Shown: positions 23,196 to 31,358, numbered from the stretch's first letter. The stretch is 32,000 nucleotides of DNA from Phycisphaera mikurensis NBRC 102666 (GCF_000284115.1 NC_017080.1:1350001-1382000); one strand, 5' to 3'. Notes: generated by a model from the letters alone, not told the origin. Numbers and translations are program-made.

Positions 23196-23834
23196 TCAAC
23201 CCTTCGCGGCGGCGTGCTTCTCGCCGACCTTGTCCCAGTCGATCACGGAGAAGAAGGCCTCGATGTAGTCGGGCCGGCGGTTCTGGTAGTGCAGGTAGTA
23301 GGCGTGCTCCCACACGTCGAGGCCCAGCACGGGGTGATGGCCCTCCCCGTGCCCGCCGAAGGCGGGGGGCATGAAGGTGGTGTCCTGATTCGCCGTGCTC
23401 GTGACGTGGAGCTTGCCGCCGGGCTGCACGCAGAGCCACGCCCAGCCGGAGCCGAAGCGGCTGGCCGCGGCATCGCTGAAGGACTTCTTGAAGTCGGCGA
23501 AGCCGCCGAAGTCGCGCTCGATGGCTTCCGCCAGCTCGCCGGAGGGGGCGTTGTTCTCGCTGGGAGCCTTCAGCGTCGTGAAGAACAGGTCGTGGTTGAA
23601 GTACCCGCCGCCGTTGTTGCGGACGGCGGTCTGCTTGCCCTCGGGGAGCTGATCGAGCTTCGCGAGGATCTCCTCAACGGACCTGTCCGCCCACTCGGTG
23701 CCCTCGAGCGCCGCAGTCAGCTTGGAGGCGTATCCGGCGAAGTGCTTGCTGTAGTGGACCTCCATCGTGCGGGCGTCGATCGCCGGCTCGAGCGCGTCGT
23801 AGGCGTAGGTGAGGCTGGGGAGGGAGAAGGCCAT
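23196..23834 (-). CDS. sodA: Fe/Mn-family superoxide dismutase, Mn-type signature
   Basis: 212 aa: LPSLTYAYDALEPAIDARTMEVHYSKH, NNGGGYFNH, STANQD, DVWEHAYYL. The GGG..NH and NQD signatures are those of MnSOD rather than FeSOD. GGAG lies 7 nt upstream of the ATG. Confidence 0.95.
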   Translation of the reverse strand: MAFSLPSLTYAYDALEPAIDARTMEVHYSKHFAGYASKLTAALEGTEWADRSVEEILAKLDQLPEGKQTAVRNNGGGYFNHDLFFTTLKAPSENNAPSGELAEAIERDFGGFADFKKSFSDAAASRFGSGWAWLCVQPGGKLHVTSTANQDTTFMPPAFGGHGEGHHPVLGLDVWEHAYYLHYQNRRPDYIEAFFSVIDWDKVGEKHAAAKG

Positions 23835-24123
23835 GGTTGACTCCGGGTTCGGGGGAGAAGGCGCCGCCGGAGAGGGTCCGGCGGACTCCCGCGAGGGTAC
23901 GGCTCGCCGACGCTCGCCGCCCGGGAGGCCGCCCGCGGCGCCGCCCCCGGCCGCCGCGAACGGTTTGAACGAATTTTTCTCGATTTCGCGGCCTCCTGCG
24001 AACCCGGCTGTGCCCTAGTAAGTAGGATGCAGCTCCCGGGTGCCGTCTGAAGCTGAGGGTTTGCCCTCTGCCCGACGACGGTCCCGCTCCCCCTGAACCC
24101 GTTTCCTGCCCCCGGAAACCCCC

Positions 24124-25140
24124 ATGAACAGCTTCGCCCTCGCCGGCAACCCCGGAACCCTCGCCGTCTCGCCCCTCGCGCAGGCCCGCCGCCTCGGCGG
24201 CATCGACTACGTGCAGGACGGCCTCTCCGAGGAAGAAGCGGCCACCGTCCGCGAGATCCTCGGCGAGAAGTACGAGTACATGGACCACCCCGCCTTCGAG
24301 CTCCCCCGCGAGGAAGCCGAGGAGCAGCTTTTCGATGATCCCGAGCCCATCGGCCACGCCGACGTGTCGTGGTACCACCCCGCCATGAGCTGGATCGACG
24401 AGCCCCGGCTCGGCCGGTCCGCGACCAAGACGCTCACCGCCGCCGAGGAGCGGGTGATCTTCGCTCAGTTCAACTACTGCCGCTTCCGGGTCTTCAACCT
24501 GAAGCAGGAGCTCGTCGACCAGACCCACCGCGACCCCGCGCTCGTGCGGGAGATGCTGACCTGGTACGAGAAGGCCGAGGGCTACCGCGAGCAGATCGCG
24601 GGCCTGAACCTCGCTCTCGTGCTGGCGATGGCCAAGCGGATCCGTGGCGCCGACGTCGACTGGGGCGAGATGATCTCCGAGGGCAACATGGCCCTGCTCC
24701 GATCGATCGACAAGTTCGACATCACCCGCGGCTTCAAGTTCTCGACCTACGCCTGCCGCGCGATCCTCAAGGCGTTCAGCCGCCAGGGCATCAAGCACAG
24801 CAAGTACCGGTCCACGTTCCCCACCGACTTCGATCCGAAGTTCGAGCGGTCGAACCATCAGTCGGAGAAGAACGAGGAGCACGAGACCGACTGCGTCGAC
24901 GAGCTGCGGGAGATCATCCGCCGCAACAAGGCCAGCCTCTCCGACGTCGAGCGCGGCGTCATCGAGCGCCGCTTCGCGGTCGGCGACAACGCCCGCATCG
25001 ACGCCAAGGGCGACCCCCGACCGCTGACGCTGGAGCAGGTGGGCAAGATCCTCGGCGTCACCAAGGAGCGTGTCCGTCAGATCCAGACGGAGGCCCTGGA
25101 CAAGATCCGGGACCACTTCGAGGGCGACTTCCTCCGCTGA
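24124..25140 (+). CDS. sigma-70-family RNA polymerase sigma factor (group-3-like)
   Basis: Region 2 reads NLALVLAMAKRIRG...ISEGNMALLRSIDKFDITRGFKFSTYACRAILKAF. Region 4 reads LTLEQVGKILGVTKERVRQIQTEALDKIR. It lacks the WW dyad of primary sigma factors. Confidence 0.88.
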   Translation: MNSFALAGNPGTLAVSPLAQARRLGGIDYVQDGLSEEEAATVREILGEKYEYMDHPAFELPREEAEEQLFDDPEPIGHADVSWYHPAMSWIDEPRLGRSATKTLTAAEERVIFAQFNYCRFRVFNLKQELVDQTHRDPALVREMLTWYEKAEGYREQIAGLNLALVLAMAKRIRGADVDWGEMISEGNMALLRSIDKFDITRGFKFSTYACRAILKAFSRQGIKHSKYRSTFPTDFDPKFERSNHQSEKNEEHETDCVDELREIIRRNKASLSDVERGVIERRFAVGDNARIDAKGDPRPLTLEQVGKILGVTKERVRQIQTEALDKIRDHFEGDFLR

Positions 25141-25236
25141 AAAACTTCCGGGATTTCCCGATCCATCGCCGAACCCGCCCAGGGCCGGCCGCGTAGACCA
25201 CAGCAGACCCGGGCACAACCTCTTCTCCTCCGGCAG

Positions 25237-25269
25237 GCCCCGCGGTTCAACCCGCGGGGCTTGCTTTTT
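25237..25269 (+). terminator. Rho-independent terminator downstream of the sigma factor gene
   Basis: GCCCCGCGG-ttcaac-CCGCGGGGC (9-bp GC stem, 6-nt loop) is followed directly by TTGCTTTTT. Confidence 0.75.
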
Positions 25270-25339
25270 GCGCGCCGCGGCCTCCTCCCGGGAGCGCCGG
25301 CTCGATCGGCACCTGGCGCGCTTCGGAGCGTGGAACCCG

Positions 25340-25385
25340 CCGCGGACCGTGGGCGTTTTCAGCGGTTCGGGGCGACGGTCCGCGG
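25340..25385. repeat. 46-bp palindromic element (REP-like)
   Basis: CCGCGGACCGT-GGGCGTTTTCAGCGGTTCGGGGCG-ACGGTCCGCGG-ATCC with perfect arms. It lies 28 nt upstream of the dapL start. Confidence 0.8.
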
Positions 25386-25412
25386 ATCCGAAGCCGTATC
25401 CTCTCCGCCCGC

Positions 25413-26684
25413 TTGCACGCCCGCCCCGAAAGGAATCCCGCCATCGCCCGCCTGAACGACCACTTCCTGAAGCTCTCCGCCGGCTACCTGTTCCCCGAGA
25501 TCGGCCGGCGGGTGGGCGCGTTCATCGAGGCGAACCCCGGCGCGGCGGAGCGGATCATCAAGCTGGGCATCGGCGACGTCACCGAGCCGCTGCCCGCGGC
25601 CTGCCGCGAGGCGATGAAGTCGGCGGTGGACGACCTGGGCGAGAAGGCGAGCTTCCGCGGCTACGGACCCGAGCAGGGCTACGGCTTCCTCCGCGAGAAG
25701 ATCGCCGAGCACGACTTCCAGAGCCGCGGCTGCGACGTCTCGGCGGACGAGATCTTCGTCTCCGACGGCAGCAAGTGCGACTGCGCCAACATCCTGGACG
25801 TCCTCGGCTCCGGCAACCGGGTCGCGGTGACCGATCCCGTCTACCCCGTTTACGTGGACACCAACGTGATGGCCGGCAACACCGGGCCGGCGGCGCACGG
25901 CGGCGGCTACGAGGGCATCACGTACCTACCGCTCACCAAGGAGAACGGCTTCGAGGCCGAGATCCCCACCCAGCGGCTCGACGTCGTGTACCTGTGCTTC
26001 CCCAACAACCCCACGGGAGCCGTCGCGAGCCGTAAGCACCTCGCCGCGTGGGTGGCGTACGCCAAGGAGCACGATGCGCTGCTGCTCTTCGACGCCGCCT
26101 ACGAGGCTTTCGTGCAGGACGACGCGCTGCCGCGGAGCATCTACGAGATCCCCGGCGCCGACACCTGCGCCATCGAGTTCCGCAGCTTCTCCAAGAACGC
26201 CGGCTTCACCGGCACCCGCTGCGCCTTCACCGTCTGCCCGCGGGGCGTCATGGCGACGGACGCCGACGGCAGAAAGCACGCCCTGCACGGGCTCTGGAAC
26301 CGCCGGCAGAGCACCAAGTTCAACGGCGTCAGCTACGTCGTGCAGCGGGCCGCCGAGGCGGTGTACTCGCCCGAAGGCCGGGAGCAGTGCCGCGGCCTCG
26401 TCGCCTTCTACATGGAGAACGCCCGGATCCTCCGGGAGAAGCTCTCCGCCGCCGGCATCGCCGTGCACGGCGGCGTCCATGCGCCGTACCTCTGGCTGGA
26501 GACGCCCGGCGATGCTTCCAGCTGGGACTACTTCGACCGGCTGCTCCACGGGGCCCACGTCGTCGGCACCCCCGGCGCCGGCTTCGGCCGGGCCGGCGAA
26601 GGCTACTTCCGCCTCTCCGCCTTCAACAGCCGCGAGAACGTGGAGGAGGCGATCCGCCGCATCGAGACGATGACCGCCGCCTGA
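25413..26684 (+). CDS. dapL: LL-diaminopimelate aminotransferase
   Basis: 423 aa. It is colinear with my recollection of characterised DapL proteins: [100 protein letters not shown]. The start is a TTG, and TATCCT lies 10 nt upstream. Confidence 0.9.
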   Translation: MHARPERNPAIARLNDHFLKLSAGYLFPEIGRRVGAFIEANPGAAERIIKLGIGDVTEPLPAACREAMKSAVDDLGEKASFRGYGPEQGYGFLREKIAEHDFQSRGCDVSADEIFVSDGSKCDCANILDVLGSGNRVAVTDPVYPVYVDTNVMAGNTGPAAHGGGYEGITYLPLTKENGFEAEIPTQRLDVVYLCFPNNPTGAVASRKHLAAWVAYAKEHDALLLFDAAYEAFVQDDALPRSIYEIPGADTCAIEFRSFSKNAGFTGTRCAFTVCPRGVMATDADGRKHALHGLWNRRQSTKFNGVSYVVQRAAEAVYSPEGREQCRGLVAFYMENARILREKLSAAGIAVHGGVHAPYLWLETPGDASSWDYFDRLLHGAHVVGTPGAGFGRAGEGYFRLSAFNSRENVEEAIRRIETMTAA

Positions 26685-26901
26685 GCGGCGGACGATGACC
26701 CGCCCGGCTCGCGCCCGGTGGGCGGGTGAGCGCCCCGGTCCCGCGGCTCCGAGGCATCCGATTCGGTGCAGGGCCACCCCCGAGCGGGCGTGGCACCCCG
26801 CGAGCGCAGGTTCCCGGCGTTTGATGCGGGAAAACCGCAAACGGCCACAGCCACTCGGCGTGCGCCGTGCATTGGGGCGCGTCGGCCGGCCTCGCGTGCG
26901 A

Positions 26902-27597
26902 TCAGCCCGCCACGCGGGCCCGGCGCCGCCCGAGGCAGGCCAGGCCGGCCGCCGCGAGCAGGCCGGTCGCGGGCTCGGGGATCTCCTGGAGGCTGACCGC
27001 CAGCACCGGTCGGTCGCCGAAGGGGATGGCGCCCGGCCCCGCGATCGACACGTTCGTGTCGCCCTGCCCGCGGAACGCCACGCCGAAGCCGTCGCCCTCG
27101 GCCACCAGCGCCGCCGCCGCCGCGCCGAGGTCCAGCGAGAAGCGGCCCAGTTCGTCGGCCGCCGTGGAAGCGAGAAGGGTCGCGCCCGGGTCGGAGCCGA
27201 GGATGACAAACGGGGAGTCGTCCAGCGAGAAGCCCGACACGTCCACCCCGCTGTTCGGCGTCGAGCCCGTGCCGGTTGAGGTGAAGCTGGTGACGGTGAA
27301 GTCGAGCTCCACGCCCACCACGTCGAAGCGGTCCAGCGGCAGCGTCGACGTGTCGAAGCTCAGCCGCCCCGACCGCTCGGCGAGGTCGGGAAGCACGTCG
27401 AAGCGCCGCACCTGGAACCCCGGCAGGTCCGGCCCGCCGCTGGTGGAGAACAGCCCATTCGCCGCCTCGTCCACCTGCAGGCCCAGGTCGCTCTGGAGGA
27501 TCGCGACGTTCACCTGGGCCGACGCCGCCGCGAGCGGCAGGACACAGGCGAGCGCAGCGACGCGGCAAGAGAAGGCGGTCATGGTTTTCATCTCCAT
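26902..27597 (-). CDS. PEP-CTERM sorting-domain protein
   Basis: It has a signal peptide (MEMKTMTAFSCRVAALACVLPLAAASAQ) and a C-terminal IPEPATGLLAAAGLACLGRRRAR. The start could be ATG 27597, 27591 or 27582. Confidence 0.8.
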   Translation of the reverse strand: MEMKTMTAFSCRVAALACVLPLAAASAQVNVAILQSDLGLQVDEAANGLFSTSGGPDLPGFQVRRFDVLPDLAERSGRLSFDTSTLPLDRFDVVGVELDFTVTSFTSTGTGSTPNSGVDVSGFSLDDSPFVILGSDPGATLLASTAADELGRFSLDLGAAAAALVAEGDGFGVAFRGQGDTNVSIAGPGAIPFGDRPVLAVSLQEIPEPATGLLAAAGLACLGRRRARVAG

Positions 27598-27946
27598 ATG
27601 GGCTAGTCGGTTGCGGCTCGGCGGCCGCATCCGGGCATCATGACGGCGGCACGCCCCGCCGGCAACTTCGCCACCGGCCAACCCCGGTGCCGCTCGCGAC
27701 GGTCGGCCGCTTTGCCCTCGCCTCCTCGACCGCGACCTCCCGACACCCGCGGCCCACCCCGTCCGCGCAGCGTGCCCGGCACGCTCCGCCTGCCGAGCCA
27801 GGCCCCGGACATACGCGATCGCGGCCTGGACTCGCGGACCACCCCGAGCCCCCGCTCCTTCCGCCTTTCCTCCCGGAGTGGCTGCGAGAGCCCAGCGGCG
27901 ACGCCGCTCTGTCCGCTTGTGCGCGAAGGGGTGGGGAGGGGGTCGG

Positions 27947-27969
27947 GCCGCGTGGCGTCGCCACGCGGC
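27947..27969. other. 23-bp perfect DNA palindrome GCCGCGTGGCG-T-CGCCACGCGGC
   Basis: It has 11-bp arms around a single central T, and lies ~40 nt upstream of the TACGAT hexamer of the methyltransferase gene. A 1-nt loop argues for a DNA (protein-binding) role rather than an RNA role. Confidence 0.3.
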
Positions 27970-28009
27970 GCGCGCGGCCAGGGGGTGCCCCCGGCGGCTG
28001 CCGAGTCTC

Positions 28010-28015
28010 TACGAT
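28010..28015 (+). promoter_or_regulatory. candidate -10 hexamer TACGAT, 7 nt before the methyltransferase ATG (leaderless arrangement)
   Basis: TACGAT-caggcgg-ATG(28023). Confidence 0.4.
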
Positions 28016-28022
28016 CAGGCGG

Positions 28023-28652
28023 ATGGAGCCCGATCCGGCGTTTTGGGATCGCCGTGCCCCGGGCTACGACGCGAAGCTGCCGGCGAAGGGCGTGAACTAC
28101 GCGGCGCGGCTGCGGCGGGTGGCGGAGGCGGTGCCCGCGGGCGGGCGGCTGCTCGATGCGGGCTGCGCGACCGGGGAGATCACGCTCGACCTGGCGGCGG
28201 GGTGCGGGTCGGTGCTGGGCATCGATTCTTCGGCGGCGATGATCGAGCGGGCGGAGGCGAAGGCGGCGGGGCGGGGCGTGGCCAATGCGTCCTTCCGCGC
28301 GGTGGGTCTGGCCGACCCGACGCTCGACGGGGAGGCGTTCGACGCGGTGACGGCGTACAGCCTCCTGCACCTGGTGGACCCCGCGGCAGCGCTGCGTCGC
28401 GTGCGGGCGCTGCTGCGGCCGGGCGGCGTGGCGGTGACGGAGACGCCGCTGCTGGGCGACTGGGCCTGGGGCTGGCGGGTGCTGATCGCGGCGGCCTCGC
28501 GGACGCCGGCGGCGCCGCCGGTGGCGATGCTCACCCGCGTCGGTCTTGAGGCAGCTTTTGCCGCGGCGGGGCTCGACGTGCAGGAGAGCCGCGTGCACAA
28601 CCCCAGGAGCGGGATGCACTGCATCACGGCGCGGCGGCCCAACGGGGCCTGA
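28023..28652 (+). CDS. class I SAM-dependent methyltransferase
   Basis: It starts at ATG 28023 (MEPDPAFWDRRAPGYD). Motif I is LLDAGCATGEITLDLA, followed by VLGIDSSAAMIE and LRPGGVAV. Upstream residues of the track ORF are low-complexity. Confidence 0.8.
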   Translation: MEPDPAFWDRRAPGYDAKLPAKGVNYAARLRRVAEAVPAGGRLLDAGCATGEITLDLAAGCGSVLGIDSSAAMIERAEAKAAGRGVANASFRAVGLADPTLDGEAFDAVTAYSLLHLVDPAAALRRVRALLRPGGVAVTETPLLGDWAWGWRVLIAAASRTPAAPPVAMLTRVGLEAAFAAAGLDVQESRVHNPRSGMHCITARRPNGA

Positions 28653-28711
28653 CGCGGGCGAAGCGGGCACCGCACGCAGCTCCCGCGGAGGCGGTGCCGG
28701 GGTGCGGGGCG

Positions 28712-28717
28712 TACGAT
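28712..28717 (+). promoter_or_regulatory. candidate -10 hexamer TACGAT, 7 nt before the nuoI ATG (leaderless arrangement)
   Basis: TACGAT-cggcccg-ATG(28725). Confidence 0.4.
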
Positions 28718-28724
28718 CGGCCCG

Positions 28725-29279
28725 ATGCCAGCGATCACCGACTCGGACACCCTCAACGTCGACCTCCCCGCGCTCGACGCCGCGGAAAACTTCTTCCTGC
28801 CGGAGGTCTTCAAGGGCCTGGGCACGACGATGAAGCACATCCTCGGCTCGGTCGGCGGCTCGTCGCGCTCCGGGAACAAGGCGATGGAGTACCCCGAGCA
28901 GCGGCGGGAGGACCTGCCGGTGCTCGAGGGCGGGCTGCACCGCGGCAACTACCGCGGGGTGCACCGGCTCAACCGCGACGAGGAGGGCCGCGTGAAGTGC
29001 GTCGCCTGCTTCATGTGCGCAACGGCGTGCCCGGCGAATTGCATCCACATCGAGGGCAAGACCGCCCCGTGGGACGATCGCGAGAAGTACCCCGTGAAGT
29101 TCGACATCGACGAGCTTCGGTGCATCTTCTGCGGGATGTGCGAGGAGGCCTGCCCGGTGGACGCGATCGAGTTGACACCGGTCTACGACGTGGTCGGGCT
29201 CACCCGCAACGAGATGGTCTTCGACAAGACGAAGCTGCTGGCGGTGTACGACGAGACGGTGGAAGACAAGCCGATGTAG
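28725..29279 (+). CDS. nuoI: NADH-quinone oxidoreductase subunit I (2x[4Fe-4S] ferredoxin-type subunit)
   Basis: 184 aa with two Cys clusters, CVACFMCATACPANCI and CIFCGMCEEACPVDAIEL. NuoI-specific flanks are present (EYPEQRR, YRGVHRLNRDEEGRVKC, KFDIDELRCIFCG). No other nuo genes are in the window. Confidence 0.88.
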   Translation: MPAITDSDTLNVDLPALDAAENFFLPEVFKGLGTTMKHILGSVGGSSRSGNKAMEYPEQRREDLPVLEGGLHRGNYRGVHRLNRDEEGRVKCVACFMCATACPANCIHIEGKTAPWDDREKYPVKFDIDELRCIFCGMCEEACPVDAIELTPVYDVVGLTRNEMVFDKTKLLAVYDETVEDKPM

Positions 29280-29298
29280 GGCGGCGGCAGAGCCGCCC
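29279..29298 (+). terminator. GC hairpin directly after the nuoI stop (no U-tract)
   Basis: GGGCGGC-ggcaga-GCCGCCC begins within the TAG stop codon. There is a 7-bp stem but no T-run, so terminator function is uncertain. Confidence 0.3.
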
Positions 29299-29315
29299 AT
29301 GCCGCTGCGCGGCAG

Positions 29316-29387
29316 GCAAGCGAAGAAGCCAAGAAGAAAGAAAGTCAGCACCGAGGCAGCTCTGCCCCTGCTGACTTCTTCGCTTGC
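29316..29387 (+). other. long two-tier imperfect hairpin in the nuoI-fldA spacer
   Basis: The outer arms GCAAGCGAAGAAG (29316-29328) and CTTCTTCGCTTGC (29375-29387) pair. The inner arms AAGTCAGCA (29342-29350) and TGCTGACTT (29369-29377) pair. The right outer arm is repeated at 29489-29503. Confidence 0.4.
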
Positions 29388-29459
29388 TCCATGGCTCCCG
29401 CGTCGCCGATCCGCCGCGATCGCGGCGATGCCGTCCGCCCCGCAGGCGATCTCGCCGCG

Positions 29460-29493
<34 letters not shown>

Positions 29494-29509
29494 TCGCTTG
29501 CTCTCCGCC

Positions 29510-29515
29510 TAAACT
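29510..29515 (+). promoter_or_regulatory. candidate -10 hexamer TAAACT for the flavodoxin gene
   Basis: It is the only TANNNT element between the CT tract and ATG 29558. A 17-bp spacer would put the -35 at 29487-29492, overlapping the end of the CT tract. Confidence 0.3.
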
Positions 29516-29557
29516 CAGCGTCCGGGACCCCGCACGCACCCAGCCCCCACAGAACCC

Positions 29558-30079
29558 ATGAAAGCCGCACTTCTCTACGGAACCTGCACCGGCAAGACCG
29601 AGGCCGCCGCGGAGCTGATCCGCGATGAGTTCGGCGAAGACTTCTTCGAGACCTACGAAGACATCGCCCAGCTCGAGCCCGGCGACCTCGCGCAGTACGA
29701 CTTCATCGTCTGCGGCGTGCCGACCTGGGACGTCGGCGAGATCCAGTACGACTGGCAGGACGTCTACGACGAGCTCGACAGCGTCGACCTCGCGGGCACG
29801 AAGATCGCCTTCTTCGGCATGGGCGACCAGGGCGGCTACCCCGACACCTTCCAGGACGCCATCGGGCTGGTCTACCTCAAGATGCTCGAGCGCGGCGCGG
29901 AGGGCAAGATCGGCTTCACCGAGACCGACACCTTCGACTTCACCGAGAGCAAGGGCGTCATCGACGGCAAGTTCTGTGGCCTCTGCCTCGACGACGACTG
30001 CCAGCCGGAGCTGACCGAGCAGCGGGTGAAGGACTGGGTCGAGCAGGTCAAGCGAGAGCTTGAGGCCGTGCCGGCCTGA
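29558..30079 (+). CDS. fldA: long-chain flavodoxin
   Basis: 173 aa: MKAALLYGTCTGKTEAAAELI (FMN phosphate loop T/S-x-T-G-x-T), CGVPTWDVGE, FFGMGDQGGYPDTFQDA, and the long-chain insertion. Confidence 0.92.
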   Translation: MKAALLYGTCTGKTEAAAELIRDEFGEDFFETYEDIAQLEPGDLAQYDFIVCGVPTWDVGEIQYDWQDVYDELDSVDLAGTKIAFFGMGDQGGYPDTFQDAIGLVYLKMLERGAEGKIGFTETDTFDFTESKGVIDGKFCGLCLDDDCQPELTEQRVKDWVEQVKRELEAVPA

Positions 30080-30102
30080 TCCGGGCGGGAAGCGCCGGCT
30101 GA

Positions 30103-30120
30103 CGGGGGCGGCTGCCCCCG
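30103..30120 (+). terminator. GC hairpin downstream of the flavodoxin gene (weak T-tail)
   Basis: CGGGGGC-ggct-GCCCCCG lies 24 nt after the stop and is followed by cgTTgaagcTTT. Confidence 0.3.
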
Positions 30121-30322
30121 CGTTGAAGCTTTGGGAGCGTCGATCGCACCGCTGGAGCCTGCCCCCGCGGCGGGCTGTCCGTGCGCTCGCCGCTGCCGCT
30201 CCGAGGCGCTGGTTCCGGCGATCACTGGGGGGGAAATCCGCAAAAGGTTGCGAGGGTCGTTCAGTCTGTGCCGAAGAAGGGCGATAGACGGGCGAACCTC
30301 CTTCCCTCCTCCAAGGAACCTC

Positions 30323-30544
30323 ATGCGTCTTCCCCACGACCCGATCCGCGACAACCTCCACGACCTTGTTCGCGGGCTCGACGGCCGCGAGAAAGCGATC
30401 GTCATGCTGTACTACGCGGACGAGCTCCAGCCCGAGGAGGTCAGTGCCGTGATGGAGTTGCCGGTGACGGTGATCACCGCGACGCTGAGGTCGTTCCGCG
30501 CCTCCGCCGCGACCATCCTCGCTCCGCGGCTCCTCGCCGCCTGA
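30323..30544 (+). CDS. stand-alone sigma-70 region 4 (HTH) domain protein, 73 aa
   Basis: ATG 30323 is preceded by AAGGAA. LDGREKAIVMLYYADELQPEEVSAVMELPVTVITATLRSFRA follows the ECF region-4.2 pattern (L..re..v..l.y...l...EiA..l..s.gTV...l.rar). I saw no region-2-like sequence in the frames I translated upstream. Confidence 0.65.
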   Translation: MRLPHDPIRDNLHDLVRGLDGREKAIVMLYYADELQPEEVSAVMELPVTVITATLRSFRASAATILAPRLLAA

Positions 30545-30597
30545 GCGGGATCGCGTCGCCTCGGTGCGCCGCGTGCTCGGCACGCGGCGCCGGCGGA

Positions 30598-31311
30598 TCA
30601 GCGGGGCGCAAGGCTTCGTCCGCCGACCGCTGCGCTCACGTCCGCCACGCGGCCGGGGCCCACGGCGTACACCCGGTCGCCCGGCCGCGGGCGGATCGGG
30701 TGTACGCCGGTGAAGGCCCCGAAGGCGGGCAGCAGGGCGGTGCTCCCGCGGAACAGGAAGCAGGGCATCCGCATGCGGTCCCGGCCGGTTCTGATCGACA
30801 CCGCCGGGTGCAGGTGCCCGCAGAAGGTCGGCGTCGCTCCGTCGCCGCAGGGCTCCGCGAGGCCGGCCGCGGGCTCGTGCGCGAAGGCGACCCCGCCGTC
30901 CCCGATCGGGCCGTTGACGCACCGGATCCGCAGCGAAGCGGGCGGGTCGCCGGCGTGGCGGTCGTGGTTCCCGCGGACGTTCTCGATCCGCAGCTCCGGC
31001 CAGGCGGCCCGGAAGGCCTCGAGGCGGCCGAGCACGGCGTCGGTCACCCCCTGGCGGTTGTGGAAGAGGTCGCCGAGGACGACCAGCCGCCTCGCCCCGA
31101 CAGCGCGGAGCAGCGCGTCGAGGCGGCCGAGCGTGTCGCCGTCGGCGCCGTCCGGCACCGGGATGCCGGAGGCGCGGAAGTGATCGGACTTGCCGAGGTG
31201 CAGGTCCGTCACCAGCACCGTGGCGTCGCGGACGCGTACCAGCGCCCGCTCGGCACGGACCTCCCAATCGTCGCCGCCGAAGCGGGTGTGCAGCGTCATC
31301 GCGAGGATCAT
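30598..31311 (-). CDS. pdeM: ligase-associated DNA damage response endonuclease PdeM (metallophosphoesterase)
   Basis: LVTDLHLGKSDHFRASGIPVP, LVVLGDLFH, VRGNHDRH, FAHEP, CGHLHPAV, MPCFLF...LLPAFGAFTG: the PdeM family pattern. Confidence 0.85.
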   Translation of the reverse strand: MILAMTLHTRFGGDDWEVRAERALVRVRDATVLVTDLHLGKSDHFRASGIPVPDGADGDTLGRLDALLRAVGARRLVVLGDLFHNRQGVTDAVLGRLEAFRAAWPELRIENVRGNHDRHAGDPPASLRIRCVNGPIGDGGVAFAHEPAAGLAEPCGDGATPTFCGHLHPAVSIRTGRDRMRMPCFLFRGSTALLPAFGAFTGVHPIRPRPGDRVYAVGPGRVADVSAAVGGRSLAPR

Positions 31312-31358
31312 GGGGATGGGACTCCTTTCCGAGGGAAGCGGCTCTCCTTCCGTGGAAG

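Noticed and set aside
23835-24123. Specific -35/-10 promoter calls in the sod / sigma-factor divergent region (TTGAAC at 23965; TAGTAAGTAGGAT at 24016)
   Set aside because: AT-richer patches are visible, but I could not find a hexamer pair with convincing spacing. I therefore left this as an unresolved regulatory region rather than a feature.
15407-25218. Other long ORFs: 15407..17254(-), 16729..18240(+), 19154..20878(+), 21689..23374(+), 22116..23018(-), 23674..25218(-)
   Set aside because: All are alternative-frame or antisense shadows of strongly supported genes (GH2, symporter, sulfatase, SOD, sigma factor). All have extreme Arg/Pro/Gly content.
26698-26727. Stem-loop ACCCGCCC...GGGCGGGT after the dapL stop as a terminator
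   Set aside because: The stem needs bulges and has no U-tract. It is not distinguishable from chance GC-rich self-complementarity in this genome.
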